Shown: positions 1 through 9,753, counted from the stretch's first letter. The stretch is 34,343 nucleotides of DNA from Candidatus Altiarchaeota archaeon (GCA_016931955.1 JAFGDV010000040.1:1-34343); one strand, 5' to 3'. Translations and numbers: made by a program. Notes: generated from the letters alone by a model not told the origin.

Positions 1-30
1 TACACGCAAGACAAGCGAACACTAACATAG

Positions 31-74
31 TTCGCAATTCCTCCGTGGACTAAAGTCCACGGTACCCTTGCGAA
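31..74. mobile_element. IS200/IS605-family-like subterminal palindrome (probable element end; any transposase/TnpB would lie outside the window)
   Basis: CCGTGGAC-TAAA-GTCCACGG hairpin (43-62) preceded by ATTCCT and enclosed by TTCGCAA (31-37)/TTGCGAA (68-74); resembles IS200/IS605 end hairpins. Confidence 0.55.
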
Positions 75-81
75 AATTGTA

Positions 82-1110
82 ATGGAACTACTCAAGCAGC
101 TCTGTGAAGCAGCCGGAATCTCTGGCTACGAGAAAAATGTCGCAGAGGTAATGAAGAGGGAATTAGCTAAGACTTGCGATAAAGTAGAAATAGACGGCTT
201 TGGTAACATAATAGCGACTAAAGGGAAGGGCAAAACGACGATAATGATTGCAGCACATATGGACGAAATAGGCTTGATGGTGAAGCACATAGATGAAAAG
301 GGCTTTCTAAACTTCATAAAGATTGGTGGAATAGACGACAGGGTGCTAATAGACCAACGGGTAAATATAAGGACAAAGAAGGGTGACATTTGTGGTATAG
401 TAGGCTCTAAGCCACCCCACCTGCAGAAAGAGGAGGAAAAAAAGAAGATCGTAAAACACGATGAATTGTTTATCGACATCGGCGCAAAAGACCAGAGGGA
501 AGCCCAGAAGATGGTCGAAGTAGGTGATCCAGTAATATTCGAGCCGAACTTCGGTCAACTGACGAAGGAAGTCTACTATGGAAAGGCTATAGACAACAGA
601 CTAGGTTGCTATATCCTGCTAAAGGTCATGGAGGGGATACCAAAGAATATCAAATCAAGGATATATGCAGTAGGAACGGTACAGGAGGAGGTTGGGTTGA
701 AGGGGGCAAGAGTATCCGCATTCAAGTTGAACCCAGATTACGCGTTTGCGGTAGATACAACCATAGCAGGGGATACCCCAAACATAAAGAAGACCGAATC
801 CAGTCTGAAGATCGGCCACGGCCCCGCTATAACAATCACCGAAGCCTCAGGTAGGGGGGTGATAACACACCCTAGATTACGGGAGTTCCTAACGAAAACA
901 GCCAAAAAATACAAGATACCCTACCAGGTTGACGTACTAGAGGGCGGGATGACGGATGGGGCTGTGATATACCTCACCCGCGAAGGCATACCAACAGGAG
1001 TGGTATCAATAGCAAGCAGATACATTCATGGAGCCACAGGAGTCTTCAATATGAAAGACGTAGAAAACGCGATAAGGCTTCTAACAAAGGCGCTGATTGA
1101 ATTAAGGTAA
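82..1110 (+). CDS. M42 family (TET/FrvX-like) aminopeptidase
   Basis: Metal-ligand motifs AAHMDEIG, KAIDNRLG, VQEEVGL, AVDTT, RYIHG. Confidence 0.93.
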   Translation: MELLKQLCEAAGISGYEKNVAEVMKRELAKTCDKVEIDGFGNIIATKGKGKTTIMIAAHMDEIGLMVKHIDEKGFLNFIKIGGIDDRVLIDQRVNIRTKKGDICGIVGSKPPHLQKEEEKKKIVKHDELFIDIGAKDQREAQKMVEVGDPVIFEPNFGQLTKEVYYGKAIDNRLGCYILLKVMEGIPKNIKSRIYAVGTVQEEVGLKGARVSAFKLNPDYAFAVDTTIAGDTPNIKKTESSLKIGHGPAITITEASGRGVITHPRLREFLTKTAKKYKIPYQVDVLEGGMTDGAVIYLTREGIPTGVVSIASRYIHGATGVFNMKDVENAIRLLTKALIELR

Positions 1111-1164
1111 GGGGGGACCTTTTTAATTAAGGAAACCCATGTAATATAAAAGGAGAATAAAAAA

Positions 1165-1914
1165 ATGTATCCAACAGGACCAGCAGCATACGACCGAGCA
1201 ATTACTGTGTTCAGCCCAGATGGGAGGCTTTTCCAGGTAGAATATGCGAGGGAGGCGGTTAAGCGGGGGACAACAGCATGTGGTGTGACATACAACGAAG
1301 GCGTTTTGTTGGCGGTAGATAAAAGCATAAGCTCTAAGCTAATCGTCCCAAGATCAATAGAAAAAATATTTCAGATAGATGAACACATAGGAATAGCAAC
1401 CTCGGGATTAGTTGCGGACGCAAGAAGGCTTATAGAGGACGCACGGATAAAGGCACAGAGAAACAAGGTAGCCTACGGCGAACCCATAAGCATCCAAGCC
1501 CTCACCAGAGAAATATGTGACATAAAACAAGCATATACACAGTATGGTGGAGCGCGGCCCTTCGGAACCGCCCTGCTCATAGCAGGGGTGAACGAACAAC
1601 CCTGCCTCTTTGAGACAGATCCCTCTGGGGCATTCACGGAGTACACCGCAACTGCTATAGGAACAGGGAAAACCGATGTAGAGAAGATCTTTGAGAAGGA
1701 TTATAAAACCAACATGACAAAAAAAGAGGCCGTAGAACTTGTACTTAGAGGGCTTGCAAGGGTTGCAGAGAAGAAGCTCAAGGAAGAATACTTGGAGATA
1801 ATAACCATAGACTCAAAGAGAAAGTATCAGGAGATGAAAAAGGAGGAAATAGCCAAATACCTCAAAGACATAGGGGATAAACCAGGCAAAGAAGAAAAAT
1901 CTCCTGAAGAATAA
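1165..1914 (+). CDS. psmA: Proteasome subunit alpha
   Basis: YDRAITVFSPDGRLFQVEYAREAV signature; GARPFGTALL. Confidence 0.98.
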   Translation: MYPTGPAAYDRAITVFSPDGRLFQVEYAREAVKRGTTACGVTYNEGVLLAVDKSISSKLIVPRSIEKIFQIDEHIGIATSGLVADARRLIEDARIKAQRNKVAYGEPISIQALTREICDIKQAYTQYGGARPFGTALLIAGVNEQPCLFETDPSGAFTEYTATAIGTGKTDVEKIFEKDYKTNMTKKEAVELVLRGLARVAEKKLKEEYLEIITIDSKRKYQEMKKEEIAKYLKDIGDKPGKEEKSPEE

Positions 1915-1959
1915 CGCTCAAACTGATTTACTACCTGATTGGATACAAGAAATGAGAAG

Positions 1960-2655
1960 ATGGTCAGTTTAGATGGGGCAGTTATTGCAAGGCTGAAGAC
2001 GCATGGGGAAACCTTTGAGCTTTATGTCGACCCCGACTTAGCGCTCAAATACAGGGAAGGAGAAAACGTGGATTTAAACAATTTGCTGGCAGTCCAGACG
2101 GTATTCAAAAACGTAAGCACCGGAGAAAAGGCATCACAGCAGGCTATGGAGAAGATATTCGAGACAACAGACATCAAAACAATAACGGACAAGATACTGA
2201 AGAAGGGCGAAATCCACCTGACAACTGAACAGAGAAAGAAAAAAGCAGAGGAAAAAAGAAGGCAGATAGTGACAATAATCACAAGAAATGCCATAAATCC
2301 TCAGACAGGAAAACCACATCCTGCGGCGAGAATAGAGAAAGCGTTGGAAGAGGCTAAGGTAAACATAAACATGACGAAAAGCGTAGAAGAGCAGATCGAA
2401 TCAGTGCTGAAGGCGATAAAGCCGATAATCCCCATAAAGTTCACAACCGTAACCTATGCAGTGAGAATACCTGCACAATATGCTGGAAGCTGCTATGGAC
2501 AGTTTAGGGAGTACGGGGAAATAAAAAAGGAGGACTGGGATAAAAACGGGAACCTTTTGTTCCTCATAGAGATGCCTGCTGGATTGCAAGATGAATTTTA
2601 TAGCAGGCTTAATGGATTAACTCATGGAGAAGTCCAGACAAAGATCATAAGATAA
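1960..2655 (+). CDS. Ribosome maturation factor SBDS/Sdo1
   Basis: MVSLDGAVIARLKTHGETFE, NPQTGKPHP motifs; conserved position between psmA and rrp4; ATG at 1960 preferred to TTG at 1939. Confidence 0.96.
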   Translation: MVSLDGAVIARLKTHGETFELYVDPDLALKYREGENVDLNNLLAVQTVFKNVSTGEKASQQAMEKIFETTDIKTITDKILKKGEIHLTTEQRKKKAEEKRRQIVTIITRNAINPQTGKPHPAARIEKALEEAKVNINMTKSVEEQIESVLKAIKPIIPIKFTTVTYAVRIPAQYAGSCYGQFREYGEIKKEDWDKNGNLLFLIEMPAGLQDEFYSRLNGLTHGEVQTKIIR

Positions 2656-2677
2656 AGATTCTTGAGAAGGTGAATAC

Positions 2678-3331
2678 ATGCTGCACATCAAAGACAGGGA
2701 AATAGTAATCCCCGGCCAGCTGATGGGGGATAACATAAGACACGACATAAACTGTTTCCATGAGAAAGACAAGGTCTACTCCTCTGTCCATGGTATGGTT
2801 AGAGTAGAGGACAACTACGTAAAGATCATTCCATCAACAGGGTGGTATATGCCAAAGGAGGGAGACCTGATAATAGGAGTGATAACAGAGGTCTTGACGG
2901 GCTGGTGGGCCGTGGACATAAGAGTGCCGAACATATGCAGCCTTCGTGGGGAAGAAATGACCCGGGATCCGTTGAACGTTGACTTGAGCCAATACTTTAA
3001 TGTGGGCGACGTCATCAGCGCAAAGATCTTGGAAGTGGACGAGGTAAACGCCTGCCATCTGACGAGACCGTGGAAGTTGGAAGGCGGCATCACCGTCAAC
3101 GTAAACCCTAAAAGGGTGCCCAGGGTCGTTGGCAAAAAAAGATCTATGCTGAACATAATAAAGGAAAAAACTGGGAGCAAAATAATCGTCGGACAAAACG
3201 GTTGGATATGGGTGAAGGAAGGAAAAACAGAACTCGCAATCAGGACGATAAGGAAGATAGAGAAGGAGGCTCAGACTCATGGCCTCACCGACAGAATCAC
3301 AGAAATGCTTGAAAGAGAGGTAGGTAAATAA
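2678..3331 (+). CDS. rrp4: Exosome RNA-binding subunit Rrp4
   Basis: S1 domain ([11 protein letters not shown]) plus KH domain ([21 protein letters not shown]); operon context. Confidence 0.95.
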   Translation: MLHIKDREIVIPGQLMGDNIRHDINCFHEKDKVYSSVHGMVRVEDNYVKIIPSTGWYMPKEGDLIIGVITEVLTGWWAVDIRVPNICSLRGEEMTRDPLNVDLSQYFNVGDVISAKILEVDEVNACHLTRPWKLEGGITVNVNPKRVPRVVGKKRSMLNIIKEKTGSKIIVGQNGWIWVKEGKTELAIRTIRKIEKEAQTHGLTDRITEMLEREVGK

Positions 3332-3332
3332 A

Positions 3333-4061
3333 ATGGAAAAACCAGATATGGAACTCATCAAAGACGGGAAAAGACTGGACGGTAGAAGACCAGACGAACT
3401 CAGGGAGATAAAGATTGAAGTAGGTGTGCTGAAAAGGGCGACGGGCTCAGCATACGTTGAATGGGGTAAAAATAAGGTCTTAGCAGCCGTATATGGCCCG
3501 AGAGAGCTGCATCCAAAGTTCTTGAGGAACCCAACGAAGGCTGTCCTGAGATGCATATACAACCTTGCGCCATTCTCCGTAGAAGACAGGAAGAGGCCCG
3601 GACCCGACAGGAGGTCCGTTGAAATATCCAAGGTCAGCGCCGAAGCTTTAAGCTCCGTTGTCATGCTTGAGAGATACCCCAACGCAGGCATAGACGTCTA
3701 CATTGAGATACTGCAAGCGGATGCAGGAACAAGGTGCGTAGGTCTAACTGCAGCATCCGTCGCACTAGCAGACGCTGGAATCCCGATGAAAGACATAGTT
3801 GCGGCATGCGCCGCAGGAAAGATTAGCGGAGAAATCGTGCTCGACCTGATGAAAGAAGAAGACAACTACGGAGAAAGCGATCTACCCATTGCGGTGATGT
3901 CAAGGAAAAAAGATGTCGTCTTGTTGCAAATGGACGGAAAACTAACGCGAGAGGAATTCAAAAAAGCCTACGAGCTTGCGGTAAACGGCGCAACACAGGT
4001 CTATGAGATACAGAAGGCAGCTCTATTGAAGAGCGTAAACGATGTCAAGATTGAGGGATAG
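3333..4061 (+). CDS. rrp41: Exosome catalytic subunit Rrp41
   Basis: [38 protein letters not shown]. Confidence 0.98.
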   Translation: MEKPDMELIKDGKRLDGRRPDELREIKIEVGVLKRATGSAYVEWGKNKVLAAVYGPRELHPKFLRNPTKAVLRCIYNLAPFSVEDRKRPGPDRRSVEISKVSAEALSSVVMLERYPNAGIDVYIEILQADAGTRCVGLTAASVALADAGIPMKDIVAACAAGKISGEIVLDLMKEEDNYGESDLPIAVMSRKKDVVLLQMDGKLTREEFKKAYELAVNGATQVYEIQKAALLKSVNDVKIEG

Positions 4062-4064
4062 AAA

Positions 4065-4844
4065 ATGGACATAGAAGCATACCTAAGAAGGGATTACGTC
4101 ACCAACCTAATCAAGGAAGGTAAGAGACTGGACAACAGAAAATTTGATGAATACCGGAAATTGGAGATCAATAAGGGATACGTTGGCGAGAAAGCCGACG
4201 GATCGGCTTATGTCTCATTAGGCGACACCAAGGTCTTGGTTGGGATAAGCATGGATGTTGGAGAGCCATACCCTGATGCACCCACTTCTGGGGTGATGAC
4301 CGTGAATGCTGAACTGAGACCGATGGCGTCACCACACTTCGAGGCTGGTCCCCCTGGAGAGGAAGCCACCGAGCTTGCTAGAGTGGTGGATCGAGGTATC
4401 CGCGAGTCGGGAGCGATCGACACAGAAAAACTCTTTATAGAGGAAGACAAGGTCTGGGTCGTCTTCGTAGACATCCACGTGTTGGATCACTACGGGAACA
4501 TGATAGATGCTTCTGGGATAGGTGCGATAGCAGCATTACTCGATGCTAAGATCCCAAAATACGAGGACAATAAGATTATTCGGGGAGAACATACCGTAAA
4601 ATTGCCCGTAACCTGCACGCCAATCCCTTGCACCACCGCGAAGATAGCTGACTGCGTAATCGTCGATCCTGACATGGACGAGGAATATGCTATGGACTCC
4701 AGGCTTACTGTAGCGACAACAGACACTATAAACGCGATGCAAAAAGGGGGGCAAGGAACCCTGAGAGAAGAGGAGGTATTAGATGCTATTGACCTCTCAT
4801 TTAAATGCGCCAAGGACATAAGAAGGCTAGTAGAGGGGAACTAG
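4065..4844 (+). CDS. rrp42: Exosome subunit Rrp42
   Basis: RNase PH fold; GSAYVSLGDT, FEAGPPGE, ELARVVDRGIRES. Confidence 0.97.
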   Translation: MDIEAYLRRDYVTNLIKEGKRLDNRKFDEYRKLEINKGYVGEKADGSAYVSLGDTKVLVGISMDVGEPYPDAPTSGVMTVNAELRPMASPHFEAGPPGEEATELARVVDRGIRESGAIDTEKLFIEEDKVWVVFVDIHVLDHYGNMIDASGIGAIAALLDAKIPKYEDNKIIRGEHTVKLPVTCTPIPCTTAKIADCVIVDPDMDEEYAMDSRLTVATTDTINAMQKGGQGTLREEEVLDAIDLSFKCAKDIRRLVEGN

Positions 4845-6124
4845 GTTCTCCTCTCCCATTTCTCAAGCCTTAGAACCTTGGAAAGCGTGCTGCCTTCCCT
4901 TATCTCTTTTCTTATCCTGTTCTCTTTTTCAGATACATCCAATGCCCTGTTAGCGACCTCGACCGCCTTTTCTTGGGGTATTACGATGACTCCGTCCATG
5001 TCGCCGACAATAAAGTCACCGGGTTTTACAGATAAACCACCGCATGTTATTGGAACATTAATCTCACCAAAACCCTTAGGTTCACCCGCAGCAGGCTTCA
5101 CTTCGCGTGCAAATACTTGGAACCCAATTTGTCTTATATCCTCCAGGTCACGAACCGCTCCATCTATAACCACAGCAACAATGCCCTTTATCTTACAGCT
5201 CCACGATGCCAGCTCACCCCACACAGCCTTCCCCGTGCCCCCGGCGTCAATAACCAATATGTCGCCTTTCCCAGCAACATCTATTGCTTCAACAGGCTTC
5301 GCCCAGTCGCCTGGATAGGTTCTCACGGTAACGGCCTTCCCAACAACTCTCCGGGTGCAGGAAAAAGGCATTATACCCTCCATTACGCCCGAACGATGCA
5401 TGGCATCTGCTATGTTAGCAGTCGATACCTTACCAAGTGTCTTTAAAGGATCCATGTATTTCTTATACAACCTGGTCTTTATCGGCTTACCCTCCCTGAC
5501 GGCTTTTCTTATCAGTTCAGTAGCCTTCCGAGCATCCCCTGCCTTGGTTATTGCCCCACCAACTATTATAATGGATGCACCGGCGTTAACCGCTTTGGGA
5601 GCAGTCTCCGAGTTTATTCCGCCCGCGACCGCTAATGGAGTCTTCACTAAGTTAGAGATCTTCCTCAATTCAGAGATCGGATCAACACCCCTCATCTGCT
5701 GGTCAATGCCTACGTGGACACAGATATAATCCACCCCAAACCCTTCCAGTTCTTTAGCCCTTTTTTCCATGTCGTCAACATTCAACATATCCACCATCAG
5801 TTCGCAGCCGTAGTTTCTCGCCGCCTCAGCAGCCTCTTTTATCGTAGAATCGTCTGCAACACCCAGTAAGATGATTACGTCTGCGCCGGCTTTTGCTGCT
5901 GACTCGACCTCTACTCTGCCAACATCCATTGTCTTCATATCCGCTATAATCCTGTGCTTTGGGAACCTCTTCTTCATCTCTCGGACGGCTTTTAAGCCTT
6001 CAGATTTTATCAAGGAAGTACCCACCTCGATCCAGTCAGCTCCACCTTCAACAGACTCTTCGGCGAGCTTTACGGCCCTGTGGAGGTCCAGGAAATCCAA
6101 CGCAACCTGAAGCTTCGCTTTCAT
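4841..6124 (-). CDS. hxlA: 3-hexulose-6-phosphate synthase fused to RraA/HMG-aldolase-like domain
   Basis: MKAKLQVALD, WIEVGTSLIKSEG, ADMKTMDVG, HVGIDQQ (HPS); C-terminal STANIADAM, AVWGELAS, DGAVRD, PGDFIVGDMDGV (RraA-like); true start at ATG 6124, upstream ORF extension overlaps mscS. Confidence 0.92.
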   Translation of the reverse strand: MKAKLQVALDFLDLHRAVKLAEESVEGGADWIEVGTSLIKSEGLKAVREMKKRFPKHRIIADMKTMDVGRVEVESAAKAGADVIILLGVADDSTIKEAAEAARNYGCELMVDMLNVDDMEKRAKELEGFGVDYICVHVGIDQQMRGVDPISELRKISNLVKTPLAVAGGINSETAPKAVNAGASIIIVGGAITKAGDARKATELIRKAVREGKPIKTRLYKKYMDPLKTLGKVSTANIADAMHRSGVMEGIMPFSCTRRVVGKAVTVRTYPGDWAKPVEAIDVAGKGDILVIDAGGTGKAVWGELASWSCKIKGIVAVVIDGAVRDLEDIRQIGFQVFAREVKPAAGEPKGFGEINVPITCGGLSVKPGDFIVGDMDGVIVIPQEKAVEVANRALDVSEKENRIRKEIREGSTLSKVLRLEKWERRT

Positions 6125-6194
6125 CCTATTTGTATATATGTAACCTGAGACAAGAAAAAAGACCATTTTTAAAAGAAAAATCTTATGGGTTAAC

Positions 6195-7289
6195 ATGAAT
6201 GAAACAATAACATTATTCGACACCATCCTAAACCAGGTAGGAATCGAGAAGTCCCAATACAGCGGATACGACTCAATCATAGTCTTCGCAGCCATCGTCG
6301 TCGCCTCACTGATTGCCGCAAAAATAGTATACTGGATCATAGAAAGATACGTGAAAATATTCGCCAAAAAAACAAAATCGGAAATAGACGATCTCATCCT
6401 GAGGATAATACAGAAGCCATTATATTACATAATAATACTCCTCGGCTTCGAGTTTGCAGTTAGGACAATAGAGCTCTCTGCAATCATCCAAGAAACCATC
6501 GCAACCCTCGTCTCAGCAGGTATAATAGCAATAGGTGCTTGGTTCATCGCAGACATAGTTGACGTGATCCTTGTTGGGGTAGTAGGGAAAAAGATTGCGG
6601 CAAAAACGCAGACCACTGCGGACGATGAAGCAATCCCATTCCTCTCAAAGGTTCTACGATTCACAATATACCTGCTGGCTTTCATAATCATCCTGGACCA
6701 GTTCAACATAGAGATAACCCCATTAGTTGCCAGTTTAGGCATAGCAGGATTCGCCATAGGCTTCGCAGCCAAAGACACCATAGGCAATCTACTGGCTGGA
6801 TTCTTCATACTCATGGACCGACCATTCGCCAAAGGGGATAGAATAGAGATCAAAGGCCACGTAGGGGAAGTAGTCGACATAGGGCTTAGAACGACCAGGA
6901 TAGAAACCCTAGACCACACATACGTGATAATCCCAAACGCAGACATCGTCTCCAACGAACTCATAAACTACGCACTACCCGACGTGCAGTTGAAGGTGAA
7001 GATCAACATAGGCGTAGCCTATGGAACAGACACCAAGAAGGTGAAGGAGATCCTACTCAAGATAGCCAAAAACGTAGATGACGTGATGAAAGAACCTACG
7101 CCAGCAGTATTTTTCACTGAATTCGGCGACTCCGCCCTCAACTTCCTGCTGATATTCTGGGTATCAGATTTCAGGAAAAAAATCTTTGCAATAGACGAAA
7201 TAAACACAAAAATGGACGAAGAATTCAAAAAACATGGGATAGAGATACCATACCCATGCAGAAACGTTTACATCCAGAAGGAATCTTAA
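6195..7289 (+). CDS. mscS: Small-conductance mechanosensitive channel (MscS family)
   Basis: Several TM helices; LGIAGFAIGFAAKDTIGNLLAG, PFAKGDRI, GEVVDIGLRTT, FGDSAL, IEIPYP. Confidence 0.95.
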   Translation: MNETITLFDTILNQVGIEKSQYSGYDSIIVFAAIVVASLIAAKIVYWIIERYVKIFAKKTKSEIDDLILRIIQKPLYYIIILLGFEFAVRTIELSAIIQETIATLVSAGIIAIGAWFIADIVDVILVGVVGKKIAAKTQTTADDEAIPFLSKVLRFTIYLLAFIIILDQFNIEITPLVASLGIAGFAIGFAAKDTIGNLLAGFFILMDRPFAKGDRIEIKGHVGEVVDIGLRTTRIETLDHTYVIIPNADIVSNELINYALPDVQLKVKINIGVAYGTDTKKVKEILLKIAKNVDDVMKEPTPAVFFTEFGDSALNFLLIFWVSDFRKKIFAIDEINTKMDEEFKKHGIEIPYPCRNVYIQKES

Positions 7290-7297
7290 GCAACCTA

Positions 7298-7527
7298 TGC
7301 TCTTCTTTTTTCTAAAAAGAAAGGCCGCATCACAGCCTTTTAGGAAAAGGCTGCCAGCAAGACCTATGGTCTTGTCTGAGTCGAAACCCGAAGGTCTCAC
7401 TCATTAGCAGGACGCAGCAGCATCCTGTCTGAGTCGATGCCGAAACCTCGCTCATCAAAGAGAATTTGCCGAAGGCAAATTCCTTTTCTTTTGGTGCAGC
7501 TTTTCTTTTAGAAAAAGAAAAGATGCA
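7298..7527. repeat. Array of palindromic (REP/BIME-like) elements between convergent genes
   Basis: Terminal T/A-tract hairpins 7298-7329 and 7495-7527 (roughly inverted copies); CAGCCTTTT-AGG-AAAAGGCTG 7333-7353; two ~50-bp double-hairpin units 7356-7404 and 7406-7455; GAATTTGCC-GAA-GGCAAATTC 7462-7482. Confidence 0.8.
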
Positions 7528-7536
7528 AAGAAAGGG

Positions 7537-7971
7537 CTATTCGTAGATTCCAGCATATCTTTCTTTTTCTTTTAGGAAGATATTCTTGAAGTATTCTGCC
7601 GCAGACTTCACATCCATGAGATTATCTCTGCTGTCTTCAAGGATACTCGCTTCAAGAATCCATCCTTCGCCGTAGGGATCCTTGTTTATCAGTGAGGGAT
7701 CGTCCAGCAGTGTTTCGTTCACTTGGGAGACCATGCACTTGAATGGGGCGGATACCTCCGTCACAGATTTTATGGTCTCGAATGAAGCCATAGGCTCCAT
7801 GGCATTGAATTCTTCGCCGTTGTCTGGCAGATCCACGTGCACTATTTCTTTGGTGAGGGAGCTTCCTAATGAGGTTAAACCAATCCTGGCAGTCTTATCC
7901 TTTAACCCCACCCACACATGCCCTCTCATATATAAAAGATCATCCGGAAAATCAAAGCCCTCTACTCTCAT
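7537..7971 (-). CDS. gcvH: Glycine cleavage H-protein-like lipoyl carrier
   Basis: FPDDLLY..GHVWV, ARIGLT, lipoyl-Lys motif ETIKSV, INKDPYGEGWI. Confidence 0.92.
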   Translation of the reverse strand: MRVEGFDFPDDLLYMRGHVWVGLKDKTARIGLTSLGSSLTKEIVHVDLPDNGEEFNAMEPMASFETIKSVTEVSAPFKCMVSQVNETLLDDPSLINKDPYGEGWILEASILEDSRDNLMDVKSAAEYFKNIFLKEKERYAGIYE

Positions 7972-8827
7972 CTTGATTACTTCCTAATGTTATCTTGACC
8001 CTCTCCCCCTCCTGCAGCTGCAGCTTCCCGTATTTCTCTGGGAGAAGTCTGACCAGATTTCGACCGAACATGAAGGAGATGCCTGCGAACCTTATGTTAT
8101 TAGCATACACTCCTGCACCATCTGTCTGGAAGACGCTCATGTAGCTTCCAACTCTGTTTATTTTACCTATTCTGATTTCATTAAAAAAAACCCCCTCCCC
8201 CGGATTGAATACTCCAAGAACACCGGCGTATCCTATGACTGTTGCACCGTCAACGAAGGTGTATATATCACCTACGCGAACGACGTTACCAAGATTCAAT
8301 GAAACCACGACGTTCCTCTCCGTTGTTCTCATGACAGTGCCCTCCAGCTCAGACACCTTCTTTTTCCCTGCTTCTTTCCTGAAGCAGGGCTCCAGCTCAA
8401 AGCCGCCTCTGGCGCGAACGTAATCCTGGAGGCTTCTGACTTCAAGGTGCAGGGCAGCATCAACCCAGAACGTGAAGTAGCCGTTCTTTATGAAACAACC
8501 TAATTCATCCCCTACATCAACTTTATCGCCTTCCCTGACTGATGGTTTTATGTGCATTATCTTGGCGACGTGGTTTCCTGCCCGGATCAACGTAAGGTAT
8601 TCTGGGAGGGATTCTCCACAGAGAGAGGGAGACTCGAATTCCATAGTCTCCAGGACAGTTCCATTGATGGGAGACAGCGCAGGGTCTCCGAAATCCCCTC
8701 CTTGGTATAAGTCCATCGCACGAAAATCGCTGTGAGCTGGAAAAGGGCTTCCCAGGAAGGTGTATTCCCAACCCCTCTCCGCATAGACTTCAACGTCTTT
8801 CGCTCTCGCTACCATATCCACTACCAT
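7952..8827 (-). CDS. Uncharacterised M23-peptidase-like (duplicated hybrid motif) protein
   Basis: SPFPAH...AMDLY, SPINGTV, KIMHIKPSVREGDKVDVGDELG, LHLEVR; ATG at 8827 overlaps the upstream stop. Confidence 0.65.
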   Translation of the reverse strand: MVVDMVARAKDVEVYAERGWEYTFLGSPFPAHSDFRAMDLYQGGDFGDPALSPINGTVLETMEFESPSLCGESLPEYLTLIRAGNHVAKIMHIKPSVREGDKVDVGDELGCFIKNGYFTFWVDAALHLEVRSLQDYVRARGGFELEPCFRKEAGKKKVSELEGTVMRTTERNVVVSLNLGNVVRVGDIYTFVDGATVIGYAGVLGVFNPGEGVFFNEIRIGKINRVGSYMSVFQTDGAGVYANNIRFAGISFMFGRNLVRLLPEKYGKLQLQEGERVKITLGSNQDESRGL

Positions 8828-9753
8828 GAGCAACACCTTGACTCGTCTATTTCCTCTATTTCCAGACACAGTTCCTCAGCAGCCTCGTAAGCGCTCTTCG
8901 AAGGAACTGCTATCTTATTCACGCCGGACTTCACAGCCTCCCTATCCAATTCCAGACGATATCTGCCACCAGGACGCACACAGCTCAAGGAGATATTCTT
9001 TTCAGGATACATCAATCGGGCGATAGAGATTATCTTCGAAACATCTTCTATGGACGGGGGATCCACGTTCTCCATCTCTGTTCCCTCTGTTGGTATGAAT
9101 ACTACGATTACTATGTTGTCTGGGTCTATCTCCCTAAGCAGCTCTAATGCTTTAAGCTCTCCCCTGATCTTCCCATTATAAAGGCCCACGATTATGTGAG
9201 GGGATATGTTCTCTACCCCGAAATCCCTTAGATAATGCAGCGTTTTCTGATACTCTTCTGGGCCATAGTCTAGTCCCAATATCTCCTTTATGGTTTTCTT
9301 ATCTCCTATGACATCCGTAAGCGCGGCATCGATGAACCCCGAAACCTCATGAGCGTGTTTCTTATTCAATATGCCTGTGTGGGCGTTTATCTTTAACCCG
9401 GTTTCTCTTCTGATCTTCTTCAATGAGTCCTTGAATTCATATGTTGGAACCGAACCATCTCTCCGGCTGCCTCCGCTGACGACCAAACCCTTCACCTTAG
9501 ACCTCAACAACTCTAGGGCAAGTTTCTCCAATGATTCAGGAGAATCGACCTGGTGCATGTGCTCCAAGTAGTGAGTATTACAATGCTTGCATGAGAGTTC
9601 ACAACGTGTCTTAGTTATCGACACCGGATCGAATGGCCTCTTATAGAAGAGTATCTTGTTCCCCAGATTCTTGATTCTAGTATCAAAAGCAAGCTCCTGC
9701 AGTTTCTCCTTATCCTGTTTGAAGAAAACCTCTGCCTCCTGTAACGCAATCAT
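8821..9753 (-). CDS. lipS1: Radical SAM protein, LipS1-like lipoate synthase component (paralog 2)
   Basis: CELSCKHC cluster motif, VSGGS, PHIIVGL, SLSCVRP and C-terminal CC; GAGGTGG RBS 7 nt before ATG 9753. Confidence 0.8.
   Translation of the reverse strand: MIALQEAEVFFKQDKEKLQELAFDTRIKNLGNKILFYKRPFDPVSITKTRCELSCKHCNTHYLEHMHQVDSPESLEKLALELLRSKVKGLVVSGGSRRDGSVPTYEFKDSLKKIRRETGLKINAHTGILNKKHAHEVSGFIDAALTDVIGDKKTIKEILGLDYGPEEYQKTLHYLRDFGVENISPHIIVGLYNGKIRGELKALELLREIDPDNIVIVVFIPTEGTEMENVDPPSIEDVSKIISIARLMYPEKNISLSCVRPGGRYRLELDREAVKSGVNKIAVPSKSAYEAAEELCLEIEEIDESRCCSW

Noticed and set aside
2834-3691. Long antisense ORFs (also 10350-11123, 21363-21908, 32175-32819 and others)
   Set aside because: Shadows of well-supported genes on the opposite strand with no recognisable motifs.
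4841-5500. RraA-like domain next to exosome genes as an exosome regulator
   Set aside because: HPS-RraA fusions are a known archaeal family, the domain is more likely aldolase-like, and the gene is convergent rather than co-transcribed.
6125-6397. 91-aa N-terminal extension of HPS in the ORF track
   Set aside because: Overlaps mscS on the opposite strand; homology begins at MKAKLQVALD.
7377-7403. GAA-containing hairpin as an archaeal SECIS element
   Set aside because: No neighbouring gene shows an in-frame TGA at a conserved Cys position; the stem is better explained as part of the repeat array.
7356-7455. Two ~50-bp units as a mini CRISPR array
   Set aside because: Units are adjacent with no unique spacers, are too diverged, and there are no cas genes.
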